Of a DNA stretch of 64,000 nt, positions 39,051-49,600 are shown in pieces. Made by a program: the position numbers and the translations under genes. The stretch covers positions 671 through 64,670 of the forward strand of contig CAZQIE010000007.1 in assembly GCA_964593675.1 (NCBI GenBank). The letters run 5' to 3'. Position 1 is the first letter of the stretch, and every line of letters starts with the position of its first letter. The DNA is from an uncultured Opitutales bacterium. Its GTDB lineage: Bacteria; Verrucomicrobiota; Verrucomicrobiia; Opitutales; CAZQIE01. The notes beneath the pieces were generated by a model. The model was given only the letters and a program-made list of their open reading frames with translations. It was not told the origin of the DNA and did no database searches.

Positions 39051-39884
39051 TTAGGCCGAAAGGCGACGACGGAGCGCGGCGGCCAGTAGCGCCACAACGC
39101 CAAGCCCGGCTGCGTAGGTGGAGGGCTCAGGAACCGGGCTGCCCAGATTCTGGCCGCTCACGTCGACGTAGATGTTGTCGATCCAGAACGGGTCCTGCCC
39201 CGCGCTTGCGCCACCACTGCGCGCAGCGAAGTACCGGAGCGTGCCGACCGCTGAGTCCGTAGCGAACGCAACGTTCGTGGCAAGCGCCGTTTGGGTGGCG
39301 TAGGCGCCGGAGCCGCCCTGGATGTAGACGTCGTAAGTGCCGGCGGTGTTGTTCAGCACGAACCATACGCTGTAGAGCGTGCTCGCGACGATCGTGTTGT
39401 TGGCAATAATGGTGCCCGTATAGCCCGCCCCCGACCGGTCGGAGAGGGAGTAGTTCGGGCCACCGCCAGAGATGTAAAGCTGGGCGCCACGAACCGTGGA
39501 AGCGGAGTTGAAATTGAAGGCGTTAGACAGGTCAGAGATACCGAACGACAGCGTGGGCGACTGGCTGCCCGTATCGTCGATTTGGAACTGCATGAACAGT
39601 GTGCCTGTGGTGCTGGTCGCGACACCTTGCGCGGCACCCATGTCCAGGCGGCTGCGCATGTTCGCCGCAGTCCACTGAACGGCCTTGCCGCTTCCGAAAG
39701 TGGCAACCGTCGGGTCCGCACCGACATTTCCGGTCCACGCCGTGCCGACGGCGGAGGTCTGGCCGTTGACGGCGCCAAGCGTGTCACCATCGAAATTATC
39801 TACCAGCACGAAGGCAGCACTGGCGGCCTGGGTGGTAGCGAGCAGGGATACCAGTGCGATGAACTTGTTGATGGGCGTATTCAT
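39051..39884 (-). CDS. PEP-CTERM sorting-domain protein with lectin/LamG-like N-terminal domain (paralogue 1)
   Basis: Signal peptide MNTPINKFIALVSLLATTQAASA. C-terminus VPEPSTYAAGLGVVALLAAALRRRLSA (PEP motif, TM helix, basic tail). Confidence 0.85.
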   Translation of the reverse strand: MNTPINKFIALVSLLATTQAASAAFVLVDNFDGDTLGAVNGQTSAVGTAWTGNVGADPTVATFGSGKAVQWTAANMRSRLDMGAAQGVATSTTGTLFMQFQIDDTGSQSPTLSFGISDLSNAFNFNSASTVRGAQLYISGGGPNYSLSDRSGAGYTGTIIANNTIVASTLYSVWFVLNNTAGTYDVYIQGGSGAYATQTALATNVAFATDSAVGTLRYFAARSGGASAGQDPFWIDNIYVDVSGQNLGSPVPEPSTYAAGLGVVALLAAALRRRLSA

Positions 39885-39959
39885 TTTTTTGAAAAGGGGG
39901 ATTTGGAAATCGACGTTATTATCCGCGAAACCGCGGTCCGTAGAAATTCATGGCGTTGT

Positions 39960-39971
39960 GAAAGCGTTGAG
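39960..39971 (-). promoter_or_regulatory. Glycan-locus box CTCAACGCTTTC
   Basis: 84 nt upstream of the start at 39884. Flanking AACG copies lie at 39954-39957 and 39975-39978 (plus-strand cgtt). Confidence 0.45.
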
Positions 39972-40012
39972 CACCGTTACCATTCCGAAACCCTGGCCCT
40001 CGGTTTAGGCGT

Positions 40013-42247
40013 CTATTCCAAAGAGTACATACGCCCGACGGTTACGGCGCGTCCGCTCCCGCTGACTTCGACCGCGGCATCGTCACCGCCCGCCTTGCGT
40101 AGTGAAAAGGCGGTGACGCCCTGCGCCGTCCTTAGGCGGGCACTGAGCTCGCAGGGGCCAAGCTCCAGGACGTCGGCACCTTCCTGAGCCCAGCAGAAGT
40201 CGAGGACCGCGCCGTCCGCGAAGGAAATCGAGGCCTGGAGGCTGCCCTCCGCCGGGGGCGACGCCGTGCTCACCTTTACGCAACCGGCTGCCTCGCCGCT
40301 CGCACGCGGCTGTATCCACGTTCCCACTACTTGCACACCCTTTCCCGTCCAGCGCACGTGGACGTCCGTCTTCGGCACCCGTTCCTGATATTCCCGAACG
40401 TACCAGCCGCGGGCTGGGTCCTCTTCTGCACGGTGCAGTTCGACTACGAACGTGGAAGGGACGATGGGAACAAGGGTGAGGTTGGGTCCGGCGGAGCAGG
40501 TCTCTACCTTTCCGCCGTCAGCACATACTTCCTCTGCGGCGAAGTCCGGCGCCAACGGCCAGACCTGTGTGTAGGCGTGCTCGGCGCCGGGGCACCAGGT
40601 ATCGCGGAGCACGTCGATCACCAGCCAGCCGCGCCCCTTGACGTCGAGGACCTTCCTTTCGTGCCGCACCTGGAGGGCATTTCCGGGTCCGTAGCCATCA
40701 TCATAGAAACCTTCTGCGTATGCGAAGGCGCTCCCGTCGAGAGCCCGGTTCGGGAGAGGCCGGAAATCCTTGGCGTGGAATTCCGGGAGGTCGCAAATCT
40801 GGCGGTCCGGCACCGTCTTGCGCCAAAGGCCCGTGCGCTGCTGGCCCTCACCGTCAACAAGCACCGTCGCATGCGAAACCGAACAGGGGGAGTAGAGGCG
40901 CATCGCCCGGTCCACAGCGGTGCCGTCGCTGTAGCTGTAATTTCCGGTAAAGACAATCAGGTTGCGGCTAAAGGCGCAGACTGCCAGCGCGCAGCAATCT
41001 TCAGCCAGGTGCCCTTGGCCCCTCGGGCTGGCCTTCATCAGGAGAAAGCGTGCCTGATCGGTCCAGTCACTGCGGAAGACGTAGTAGCCGCCGTAGTTCA
41101 ACGCGCAGTTGAGGAAATTGGGAGGGGCGCCCTCGCTTCCACGCGAGGCCACCCACGCCACATGCGGCACTTTGAACAGGCGCGAGAATTTGAGGAGGTC
41201 CGGAGCCATCGAGTGCGCCGCATGCGTCTTTGCGATATCGATGAAATGCAGGTCCGGCGTGCAAACGTTCAGGAGAAACAGCAAGCGCCTGCGTGCGGCC
41301 CGGTCGAAATGCTTCCGTCGTGACTCAGGCGCGTCCTTCAGCGCACTGAGGGCCCGCTCGACCATGCGCAAAAGGTTCGTGTTGTAATTTGGCGACTGCT
41401 CGAGATCCGAGCCGTCCTTGAGCATCTGTGAGTCTATGGCGTCCTCGACGCGCGACAGGCCAAGAAGGAAGGCGCTGGACCCGTTTTTCAGCTCCGGGAA
41501 AGTCAGCCCGAGCATGAGCAGGCTGAAGGAGGTCGCGATATACTGGTTGGGCGTATTCGCCCTCGGGTTGCCAACCAGGCAGTAGTAATGGTCCCCATTG
41601 AGCGATTCCAGCATGCGGAAGAGCCGCACGGGCGTCAGCGCCTTGCTCCGCGACAGAAGGATCAGCCCGTCAATCCACGCCTCGAGACGCTGGTGGGCGG
41701 AAAGGGAGATCCAGTGCGCCGGGCTGCTGTGGTCAGATTCGCCGTTGTCGCAGGTCTTGCGGTCGTTGAGCACCATCGGCCGCGACGGGAAATAGGTCAG
41801 TTCCGGCGTGCCATACGGCATCCGGTCGATGAAGTCCTCCACATACTGGAACCACTTTTCGGCGTAACGCTCATCTCCCGTTGCGTGGTAGCGCCGCGCG
41901 AGCGCATTGAAGCGATAGAAGTACCCGAGGTGCGCCGTCCACTGGCTGTGCTCTTTTATGTGATGATGCCAATCAACAGGGCAGCCGACGTCTTCAGGGG
42001 CACCATTCAGCAGCCGCACCCGATTCTGGAGAAGGTCGTCCGCGTCTTTGGCGTCTTGCGTCGCGTCGCCGTGTAATGGCAGAGGCTGTCGCGCGCGGAG
42101 TTTCTCCAGAAGCTTCTCATACAGGAGCTCCGCGGCTTCGTCCGCACGGCCTGTAAATGCAAGTTCACGAGCCTCCTCAAAGCCCACCATGAGGAGATCG
42201 AAAAGGCGGATATACTTCCCACATTCAACAGCGTGCGTGGTCTGCAT
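40013..42247 (-). CDS. Heparinase II/III-like (polysaccharide lyase-like) protein
   Basis: DWHHHIKEHSQWTAHLGYFYRFNALARRYHATGDERYAEKWFQYVEDFIDR resembles the heparinase II/III N-terminal toroid. 744 aa, no signal peptide. By-eye call. Confidence 0.6.
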   Translation of the reverse strand: MQTTHAVECGKYIRLFDLLMVGFEEARELAFTGRADEAAELLYEKLLEKLRARQPLPLHGDATQDAKDADDLLQNRVRLLNGAPEDVGCPVDWHHHIKEHSQWTAHLGYFYRFNALARRYHATGDERYAEKWFQYVEDFIDRMPYGTPELTYFPSRPMVLNDRKTCDNGESDHSSPAHWISLSAHQRLEAWIDGLILLSRSKALTPVRLFRMLESLNGDHYYCLVGNPRANTPNQYIATSFSLLMLGLTFPELKNGSSAFLLGLSRVEDAIDSQMLKDGSDLEQSPNYNTNLLRMVERALSALKDAPESRRKHFDRAARRRLLFLLNVCTPDLHFIDIAKTHAAHSMAPDLLKFSRLFKVPHVAWVASRGSEGAPPNFLNCALNYGGYYVFRSDWTDQARFLLMKASPRGQGHLAEDCCALAVCAFSRNLIVFTGNYSYSDGTAVDRAMRLYSPCSVSHATVLVDGEGQQRTGLWRKTVPDRQICDLPEFHAKDFRPLPNRALDGSAFAYAEGFYDDGYGPGNALQVRHERKVLDVKGRGWLVIDVLRDTWCPGAEHAYTQVWPLAPDFAAEEVCADGGKVETCSAGPNLTLVPIVPSTFVVELHRAEEDPARGWYVREYQERVPKTDVHVRWTGKGVQVVGTWIQPRASGEAAGCVKVSTASPPAEGSLQASISFADGAVLDFCWAQEGADVLELGPCELSARLRTAQGVTAFSLRKAGGDDAAVEVSGSGRAVTVGRMYSLE

Positions 42248-42307
42248 AAGGAGGGATTTTCGCCCTATCTTATGCGATCCATCCCAACGGATGAATTTCG
42301 CTGCTTT

Positions 42308-42320
42308 CGAAAGCGTTGAC
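42308..42320 (-). promoter_or_regulatory. Glycan-locus box GTCAACGCTTTCG
   Basis: 70 nt upstream of the start at 42247. A second half-copy, CCACCGTTTTC, lies at 42321-42331. Confidence 0.5.
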
Positions 42321-42357
42321 GAAAACGGTGGTCACGGTCTCCGGGCACGCATCGCCT

Positions 42358-43620
42358 TCATAAGCCCGCACCGTCGCTCCGCAGGAGCTCATCAAGCCAC
42401 AGGTAGGTCGCAGCGGTCCAGCCCATCATTGGCGGCGTGGCGTACTCGGAGGATGTGTCCTTCAGCGGGTCATTGCCGTTGTACTTTTCCCACAATTGTC
42501 CCGTTTCCCGGAAACTCAGGTTCATGCCTTCGAGAAACTTCCGTGCGAGGCGCAGCGCATCGTCCCTGAAGCCGTATTTGAGCAGACCTGAGATTGCGAT
42601 GTATTGCAGCGGTGCCCAAACGTTTGGCGCGTCCCATTGGTACTCGCCAACGCGAGGCCCGGGCGCACACGTGAGAAGCCCGTAGCGTGCTTCGAAGAGG
42701 GGCAGATTGTTCGCCACCGCAGCCGCCTGCTGCGCGGTTGCGATGTCTGCCCAGAGCGGAAAGAACGTGGCAAGGCTTGGAATCTCCGGATGGGTGTTCC
42801 GCTCGAAATTCCAGTCTGCAAAAAGCTGCTGCTTCGCGGACCAGCACAACACGCACACGGCCCCGGCGATCTCCCTCGCACGTGCCCGCCATTGCTCGGC
42901 TTCTTCGCGCGCTCCCACCTGATCGCAGAGCTGGGCCATCACACCGCGGGCCTTGTACAGGATGCAGTTGAGGTCCACCGGTGCGTGCTTTACGCAGGCG
43001 CCCCCAAAGCGTGGCGTGAAGTCCCAACCGCTCTCGCCCTCCGCTCGCAGGCTTTCGACGATGCGCTGCTTTTCCGCATCCGTGTGCTCGGTTTTCCACT
43101 TCAGACGCGTACGTGCCCACGCGTAGAAGTCGCGAAAGTCCGAGCCGGGAAGCGTCGTCCCATACCGGCAAAGGCCGCTCGGGTCCACGACCCGGGTGTC
43201 CCAAAACTTCATTTCCACGCGCAGGGCCGGAAGCGCCCGCTCCGCGAACTTTACGTCAGGCGCGGCGTCGAACAGGTCCCCGACCGCCAGGGCCGTGAGC
43301 GGAGGCTGGGAACTGGAAAGTCCCCAGAAAGTGTTCGAGCCCGGTACGTACCCAAACGTCTGCGCTTCAAAAAGGAGGTTCTCGACGTTGTCTGCCGCCC
43401 AGTCCCGCCGCCCTGAAAGCAAGAGGCCGACGTTTGTGAAATACGTGTCCCAATAGTAAAACGCCTGAAGGTCGTCGCTCACGCACGGGACCAGGTAGGG
43501 CTTCGGCAAAGCGAAAACCCCGAACGCTTCACCCGCCTCTTTGTTGCGGCGGCAGCGTCCCCAGTTCTCCGAAATATATCCGATTACCTGGTCGTTCGTC
43601 GTGGCTGTGGCTGTAGTCAT
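42358..43620 (-). CDS. Trehalase-like glycoside hydrolase (GH37-like)
   Basis: FYYWDTYFTNVG and QWDAPNVWAPLQ match the two trehalase signature regions. 420 aa, no signal peptide. Confidence 0.75.
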   Translation of the reverse strand: MTTATATTNDQVIGYISENWGRCRRNKEAGEAFGVFALPKPYLVPCVSDDLQAFYYWDTYFTNVGLLLSGRRDWAADNVENLLFEAQTFGYVPGSNTFWGLSSSQPPLTALAVGDLFDAAPDVKFAERALPALRVEMKFWDTRVVDPSGLCRYGTTLPGSDFRDFYAWARTRLKWKTEHTDAEKQRIVESLRAEGESGWDFTPRFGGACVKHAPVDLNCILYKARGVMAQLCDQVGAREEAEQWRARAREIAGAVCVLCWSAKQQLFADWNFERNTHPEIPSLATFFPLWADIATAQQAAAVANNLPLFEARYGLLTCAPGPRVGEYQWDAPNVWAPLQYIAISGLLKYGFRDDALRLARKFLEGMNLSFRETGQLWEKYNGNDPLKDTSSEYATPPMMGWTAATYLWLDELLRSDGAGL

Positions 43621-43657
43621 TTCTGGGAGTCAAAAGCTGCGTGACCGTGAACCGCCG

Positions 43658-46600
43658 TCAGTTACCGGTGATCTTCAGGCGCAGGAAGCGCGGGCCGGTT
43701 CCAAGCGTCGTCGAATCCGTCACCTGGACCGTGCGCGCTCCGATCCCCGTGTCACTTACGGAACTGAGGCCACTGAGCGGCACGGTGGCGCCGCCGCCAG
43801 TGCTGCGGGCTACGTCCGTCCAAGGTCCGTTCACGTCCGTGGACGCCTGCACGGTGTACACAAGGTCAGTCCTGGCCGCGTTGCATTTGAAGGATAGGCG
43901 CAGTGCGCCGGAAGACGCCGCGATGGCCGGGTTCGTGGAGTATACGTCCGCGACAGATGGATTTCCGCCAAGCGCGTATTCCTCGAGGTTGGTAAGGCCG
44001 TCGTGGTCAGGATCGGCGAGGTCCGCGGCATTGCCACCGTTCAGGTAGGTCGCGAAATTCGAGAACCGCCACGCGTCAAGCGGGGTCGCCGCCGCCGTCG
44101 TCGCCGAGACAACGGCGCTGTATGGCGAATTTCCGTCGGCGCTCGTCGCCCTGACCCGGTAATGATACGCAGTCGCGGGCGTCAGACCCGCATCAGCAAA
44201 GGCCGTAGTGGCTGCACCGGGCGGTGTGGCCACTTCTGAGAACGGCCCGGTCGGGGAAGTGGCGCGCTCAACGCGGTAGCCCGTTACCCACGTGGCATCG
44301 CTGGCGTTCGTCCATGACACGTTGGCTCCGGTTGCGCCATTGGCGGAGACCTGGAGGTTCGAGGGCGCCGCCGGCACCGTGGGCACGACGCTGGCGTAGG
44401 TCGGCCCGGCCCGTATTTCGTCGAACAGGAAGGGCGTCCCGCTTGCAGTCCGAACCAGCACCCGGTCAAACGAGATGTCTCCGGTTGTCGTGTAACTGCG
44501 GGTCGCCGTGGCGTTGGCCGGCGCAGACCCACGAGGGTCGGGGTTCACATAGAACGTCACGGTCCCTCCGGCCACCCCGCCTCCCGCGCCAAACTCGATT
44601 TTTGCCACGAGCAACAGCGGCACCCCTTGTGTCGAGGTCGTGGATGTGAACGTGTTCTGCATCGAGACCGTGACACCTTGTGCAGACTTGTTGCAGGCCA
44701 CACCCAGATTCACATTGCTGCCGTCAATGCGCCCCATGTTGAAGGCCGTTCCTGCCACCGAGCCACCGCCGGCCGCAGAACGGTCGCACTGGAGGATGGC
44801 GTAGTCGTTCGTCACGGCATTGTTGTCTGTCATGACTACCGCAACCCAAAGCGTCTTGTTGGCAGCCCCGACGCGCCCGTTAGCATCAAGGAAGCCGCCG
44901 AGCGCGAGGGCGCCGCTTCCCGATGCGTCGAGAAGACGGTGCGCGATTGCTCCGTCCGAGGTTGCCTGGTTTCCGCTTGTGGCGACGGCCGCGCCATTTT
45001 TTGAAAATTCTGCGGACCCCTCCGTCGCGTTTACGCGAACGATCGTGTAATTGAAGCTCAGCCATCCGCCGCTCCAACCGCTCCCACCCGTCTGGCCCGG
45101 ATTCGTCGCATGGTTGGCGACAACCGCGCTGGTCGCGTAGTTGAAACCCTCATACGCGAAAGGCGCCACAACCTGGCTCGCTGCCGAAGCTTCGGCAGAA
45201 TAGGTCGAGGAGACGCCGGACATCGTGGCCTTCACGCGGTAGTAATACGTCGTCCCGGAAACGACGCTGAGATCCGTGTATGCCGTTGCGTTGGCACTCG
45301 TGGTTGTCAGCGGAGAAAACCCGCTGCCCGACTGCGTGCTGCGCTCCACGATAAAGCCCGTCTCATTGCCACTGTTGTCAACCCACGATAGATCGACGCG
45401 CGCATTGCCGACCGCCTGTGCCGTCACCCCTGTGGGCGCCGCAGGCGGCGTGATCTGAAGCGTGGCGCTGGCGCTGGTCGTCGTCCCCCCCGTGTTGGTC
45501 ACAAGACAACGGAATTGGGAGCCATGATCCGAGACGCCAACCGCGGCTGTCGTGTAGTTTGCGGTCAATCCGCCGGTTCCCGAAGACACGTTGGCCCACT
45601 CGCCGCTCCCATTGGGACGGCGCTGCCACTGATAAGTGAGGAAGCCGTTCGAAGCCGTGACGCCGAAGCTCGCCGTCGCGCCGACGTCAACGGTGGTCCC
45701 CTGAGGCTGAGCCGTGATCGACAGCGCCGGCGGCGGCCCATACGTGATGGTTGCGGTGCCGAAGACTGCGCCGCTTTGCGCCCGGACCGTGGCCGTGCCG
45801 GAACCGCTTGCCGGCGCGGTGTACAAGCCCGACGCGCCAACCGTGCCCGCCCCAGTCGGGAGGGACCACGTGAACGCGGGAGCCGGTGTCATTTCGACGC
45901 CATTCTGGTCCAGGGGAGTCGCGGTCAGTTGCTGAGCTTCGTTCCAGAAAATGCTCGCTGAGGCAGGGCTGACCGTGATGGACGTAAGCGTGCCGTTCGT
46001 CGACGGTGTAGTCACGGAAACCGTGTTCGAATACGCGGAGGTACCGTCAGCGCTGTCCGCGCGGACGCGGTACGCATACTCGGTTGCCGGGGTGAGCTGG
46101 GCGTCCGTGTACACGGCATCCGTCGGCGTGGCAATTTGGACGAAGCCGCCGCCGCTGTTGCGCTCCAGCTTGTAGCCCGTGGCCCAACCCGAGGCCGCCG
46201 TCCAGGACAGGTCCACAAGGGTCGCGCCCGTGGCAGCGGCCTGCAGAGCCGTCGGCGAGGCCGGGCGTGTCGGCAGCACCGACGCGTAACTCGTGCCTAC
46301 CCGCAGTTCGTCGAAGAGGAACGGGGTGCTCCCTGTGCGGACGTAGATGCGGTCAAAGGAGATGTCACCCGTCGTCGTGTACGTCTGCGTCGATTCGGCA
46401 TTCTGGGGGACCGACCCGCGCGGATCTGGGTTGTAGTAGACCGTGACGGTACCCCCGGCAGTCCCACCCGTGGCGCCAAATTCCACCTTGGCGACGACGA
46501 GCACCGGAATCCCTTGGCTGGTTGTCTGCGAGGTGTAGTTCTTTTGCAGCGCGACCGCTACCCCCAAAGCAGACTTGTTTACCGACAACCCTAGATTTGC

Positions 46601-49600
46601 GTTCGTGCCGTCAATGCGGCCAACAGCGAAAGCAGCGCCCGCGGCGGCACCGCCAGCCGTACCGGAGCGGTCAGCCTGAATGATCGCGTAATCGTCGGTT
46701 CCTGCATTGTTGTCTGTGATTACCGCAGACAGCCAGAGCGTCTTGTTTGCGGCGCCCACCCGCGCGTTGGCGTCGATATAGCCAGCCAGACCGAGGCCCC
46801 CGGAAGGCGATGTGTCGAGCATGCGGGTCGCGATAGAGTTGTTCAAACTCGCCTGATTGCCGGCCGCGACGACTGTCGCTCCGGCTTTTGAAAACTGCGC
46901 CGACCCGTTCCCGTCGACGGTCGAAGTGCTGTAGTTGAAACTCAACCACGAACCGCCCCAGCCGCTCCCGCCGTTCTGGCCGGCATTCGTCGCGTGGTTT
47001 GCAAGAACGGCGCCTCCGGCGTAGTCGAAGTTTTCCACCACAAGGGCCGCAGGTGCGGTCACCGTGATGGACGCCTCGTTGCTGTAGGCGGAGCTTCCGG
47101 CGTTGCTCAGCGCTTTCACGCGGTAGTAGTAGGTCGCGCCCGGAGTGAGCCCCTCGTCCGTGTAGGACAGCGCTCCTCCGGTGCCGAGCGAGAACGGGAT
47201 CTGGCTGGAAACCACCGCATACGTGCCACCGACGCCGAGCTTACGCTCCACCGCGAAACCGGTCTCGTTTGTCCCGTTGTCCGTCCAGGTAAGATCGACG
47301 CGCGAACTGCCCACCACGCTCGCGGCGAGCCCGGAAGGTGCGGTCGGAGCAACAGCCACGGCATTTATGCGCAGGCGCGCGGCGCCGTTCTGCCAGTCGG
47401 AGCCTTCCCCTATGATCTGCACCGTCGCATCTTTCTCGCAGAAGCTGGCATCCGGGCTGGTCGTCGTGTCGCCCACAAGGATGAACGTGAGCTTCTTTGC
47501 GCCGGTGCGTGTATTGATGAACGTGACAAGCGGAGATCCTGCCTCGCCCGAGACCGTGAGCCTCGTACCCTTCGCCATGGAGGGCGAGACCGTCAGCTTC
47601 CCGATCAGCGTGCACTTTGCTTCAACCACGCCATTGGCGCTGGCGTTGGCCGGCGCGTTATTCCAGGTGATGGAGGTCTCGGACCAGCCGTCGAGGCTGT
47701 GGTCCGTCATCCCGTATACGCGAACCACGCGGTCTACGCTGGCGGTGCCGACGGAGACCAGTTCCAGCGCGGCACTCTGCACAGTTCCGGTGAAGGAGGA
47801 GGCATCAAATTTGACGTAGCTCTTCAGGTTCAGCGCAGTCCCAATATCCGGCGGCACGTAGCCCACCCGGAGGATGGTTACCCCGTTCTGGTTGCTGTCC
47901 CCCAAAGTGCCGCCGTCATAGCGTTGCACAAAGGAGTCCTCTGCCGCCAACAAGCGCACCGTTCCGGTCGTCCAGGTCGTATCGCCCGCAACGTCGCAGG
48001 GGGCGGACGTGCCGCCACCGGCGTTGGCGTTTACCGCGCTCACGCGGAAGTAATAGGTCGTGTCGGACGAAAGTCCCGTGACGGTGTGCGTGATGAGGCC
48101 GCCCGTGGCTGAGCTCGTGGTGCTCGTCTTGGTTGTCAGAGTGGACCATGTCCCGCCGCTCCCCATCTTGTACTCGATCAGGAAGCCGGTCTCGTTGACC
48201 GAATTGTCGGTCCACTTCAGCGCGATTGAGGAGTCGTTCGTGGCGGTCGCAAACAGCGACGACGGCGAGGTTGGAACCGGATTGGGAAGCGTGGAGACGG
48301 ACGCTGATACACTGCTGTAGGCGGAATTCCCGAAGTCGTTCTGCGCGCGGACGCGGAACACGTAAGCCTGGTTGGGCAGCAGGCCGGTCGCTGAAAGGGA
48401 TGTGGTGCCCGCCGTGACCGTCGCCAGGTCCACCCACGAGCTTCCGGCGTTCGTGCTGCTCTGGACCTTAAACGTCATTTCGTTGGTGGAGTTATCCGCC
48501 CAAACCAAGTCGATCCTGCTGTTCGAGATCACGGTAGCCGTAGGCGCACCGGGCACCGCGGGTGCCGCAAGGGCCGCAGATGGCGTCGCGGATGCTTCCG
48601 CTGAATACGCGGAGTAGGCGTCAAGCGTGAGGACCCGCACACGGTAGTAATACGTGGTTCCCGCGACGACGGTCGTGTCGGCATACACGGTGGCAGCGGC
48701 CGCAAGGCGGGCGATTTGCGCAAAGGTCCCGCCTGCCCCTTGTTTGCGCTCAACAAAGACGTCCGTGATGTTACTGGCCGAGTTTGTCCAGGACAGGTTT
48801 ATTTGGCTGCTCGTTACGGCATTGGCCGCAGGCGACGCCGGCGCAGGAGGCGCGCTCACCGTGCCCGCCAAGTACGACACCGTTCCGCTGTAAGCGGAGT
48901 CCCCGTGCATGTTGAACGCGCAGATCCGCCAAGAGTAGTTTGTGCCCGCGGTGAGCGCGTTTGCCGCATAGGAAGTCGTGTTCTCAGGCAGGATCGCCAA
49001 CGTGGTCCACCCGGTCCCCGTGTTCTGCTCGAGGCGATATCCCAGTTCGTTCACCGCATTGTCGGTCCAGGAGACCACTGCACGGGAAGCCGACGGATTT
49101 GTATATCCCAGGGCCGTCGGGGCAGCAGGGATTGGAATATAGGGAGAGAGCACCGACGCGGGGATGACCTCGTCGGGCTGCTCCGCGTTGGGTCCCCCGC
49201 CGTTCGGCTTTGACCAGGCCAGGGTCGCGCAGTCCTTGCCGTCATGGCTCGCAACCAGCAGCTCAAAATAATACGACTGCCCCGCGGTGAGAGTGACCCA
49301 CGAAACGGGAATAGCAGGCGTCTGGCCGCTCGAGTTCTGGTCGGCGCGGGAATTCCAGACCTGGTACGTGCCATTCACGATTTTCCCGATCGCCTGGGAT
49401 CGCAAATTCGCCGGGCTGGCATCCGAGGAGAGCCAGAACTCGCCGTTGAAGTTACCAGCCACCCAGAACTTATACTGCCCCGTAACGGGCGCGGTAATGT
49501 ACCCGCGGATGCGTTCGCCGAATTTCCCAGTCGTGTTGCGGGGCGCATTGGCTCCATTTGCAACGAAGGACCTTCCATGGGGCTGGTTCGGGTAGTCCGC

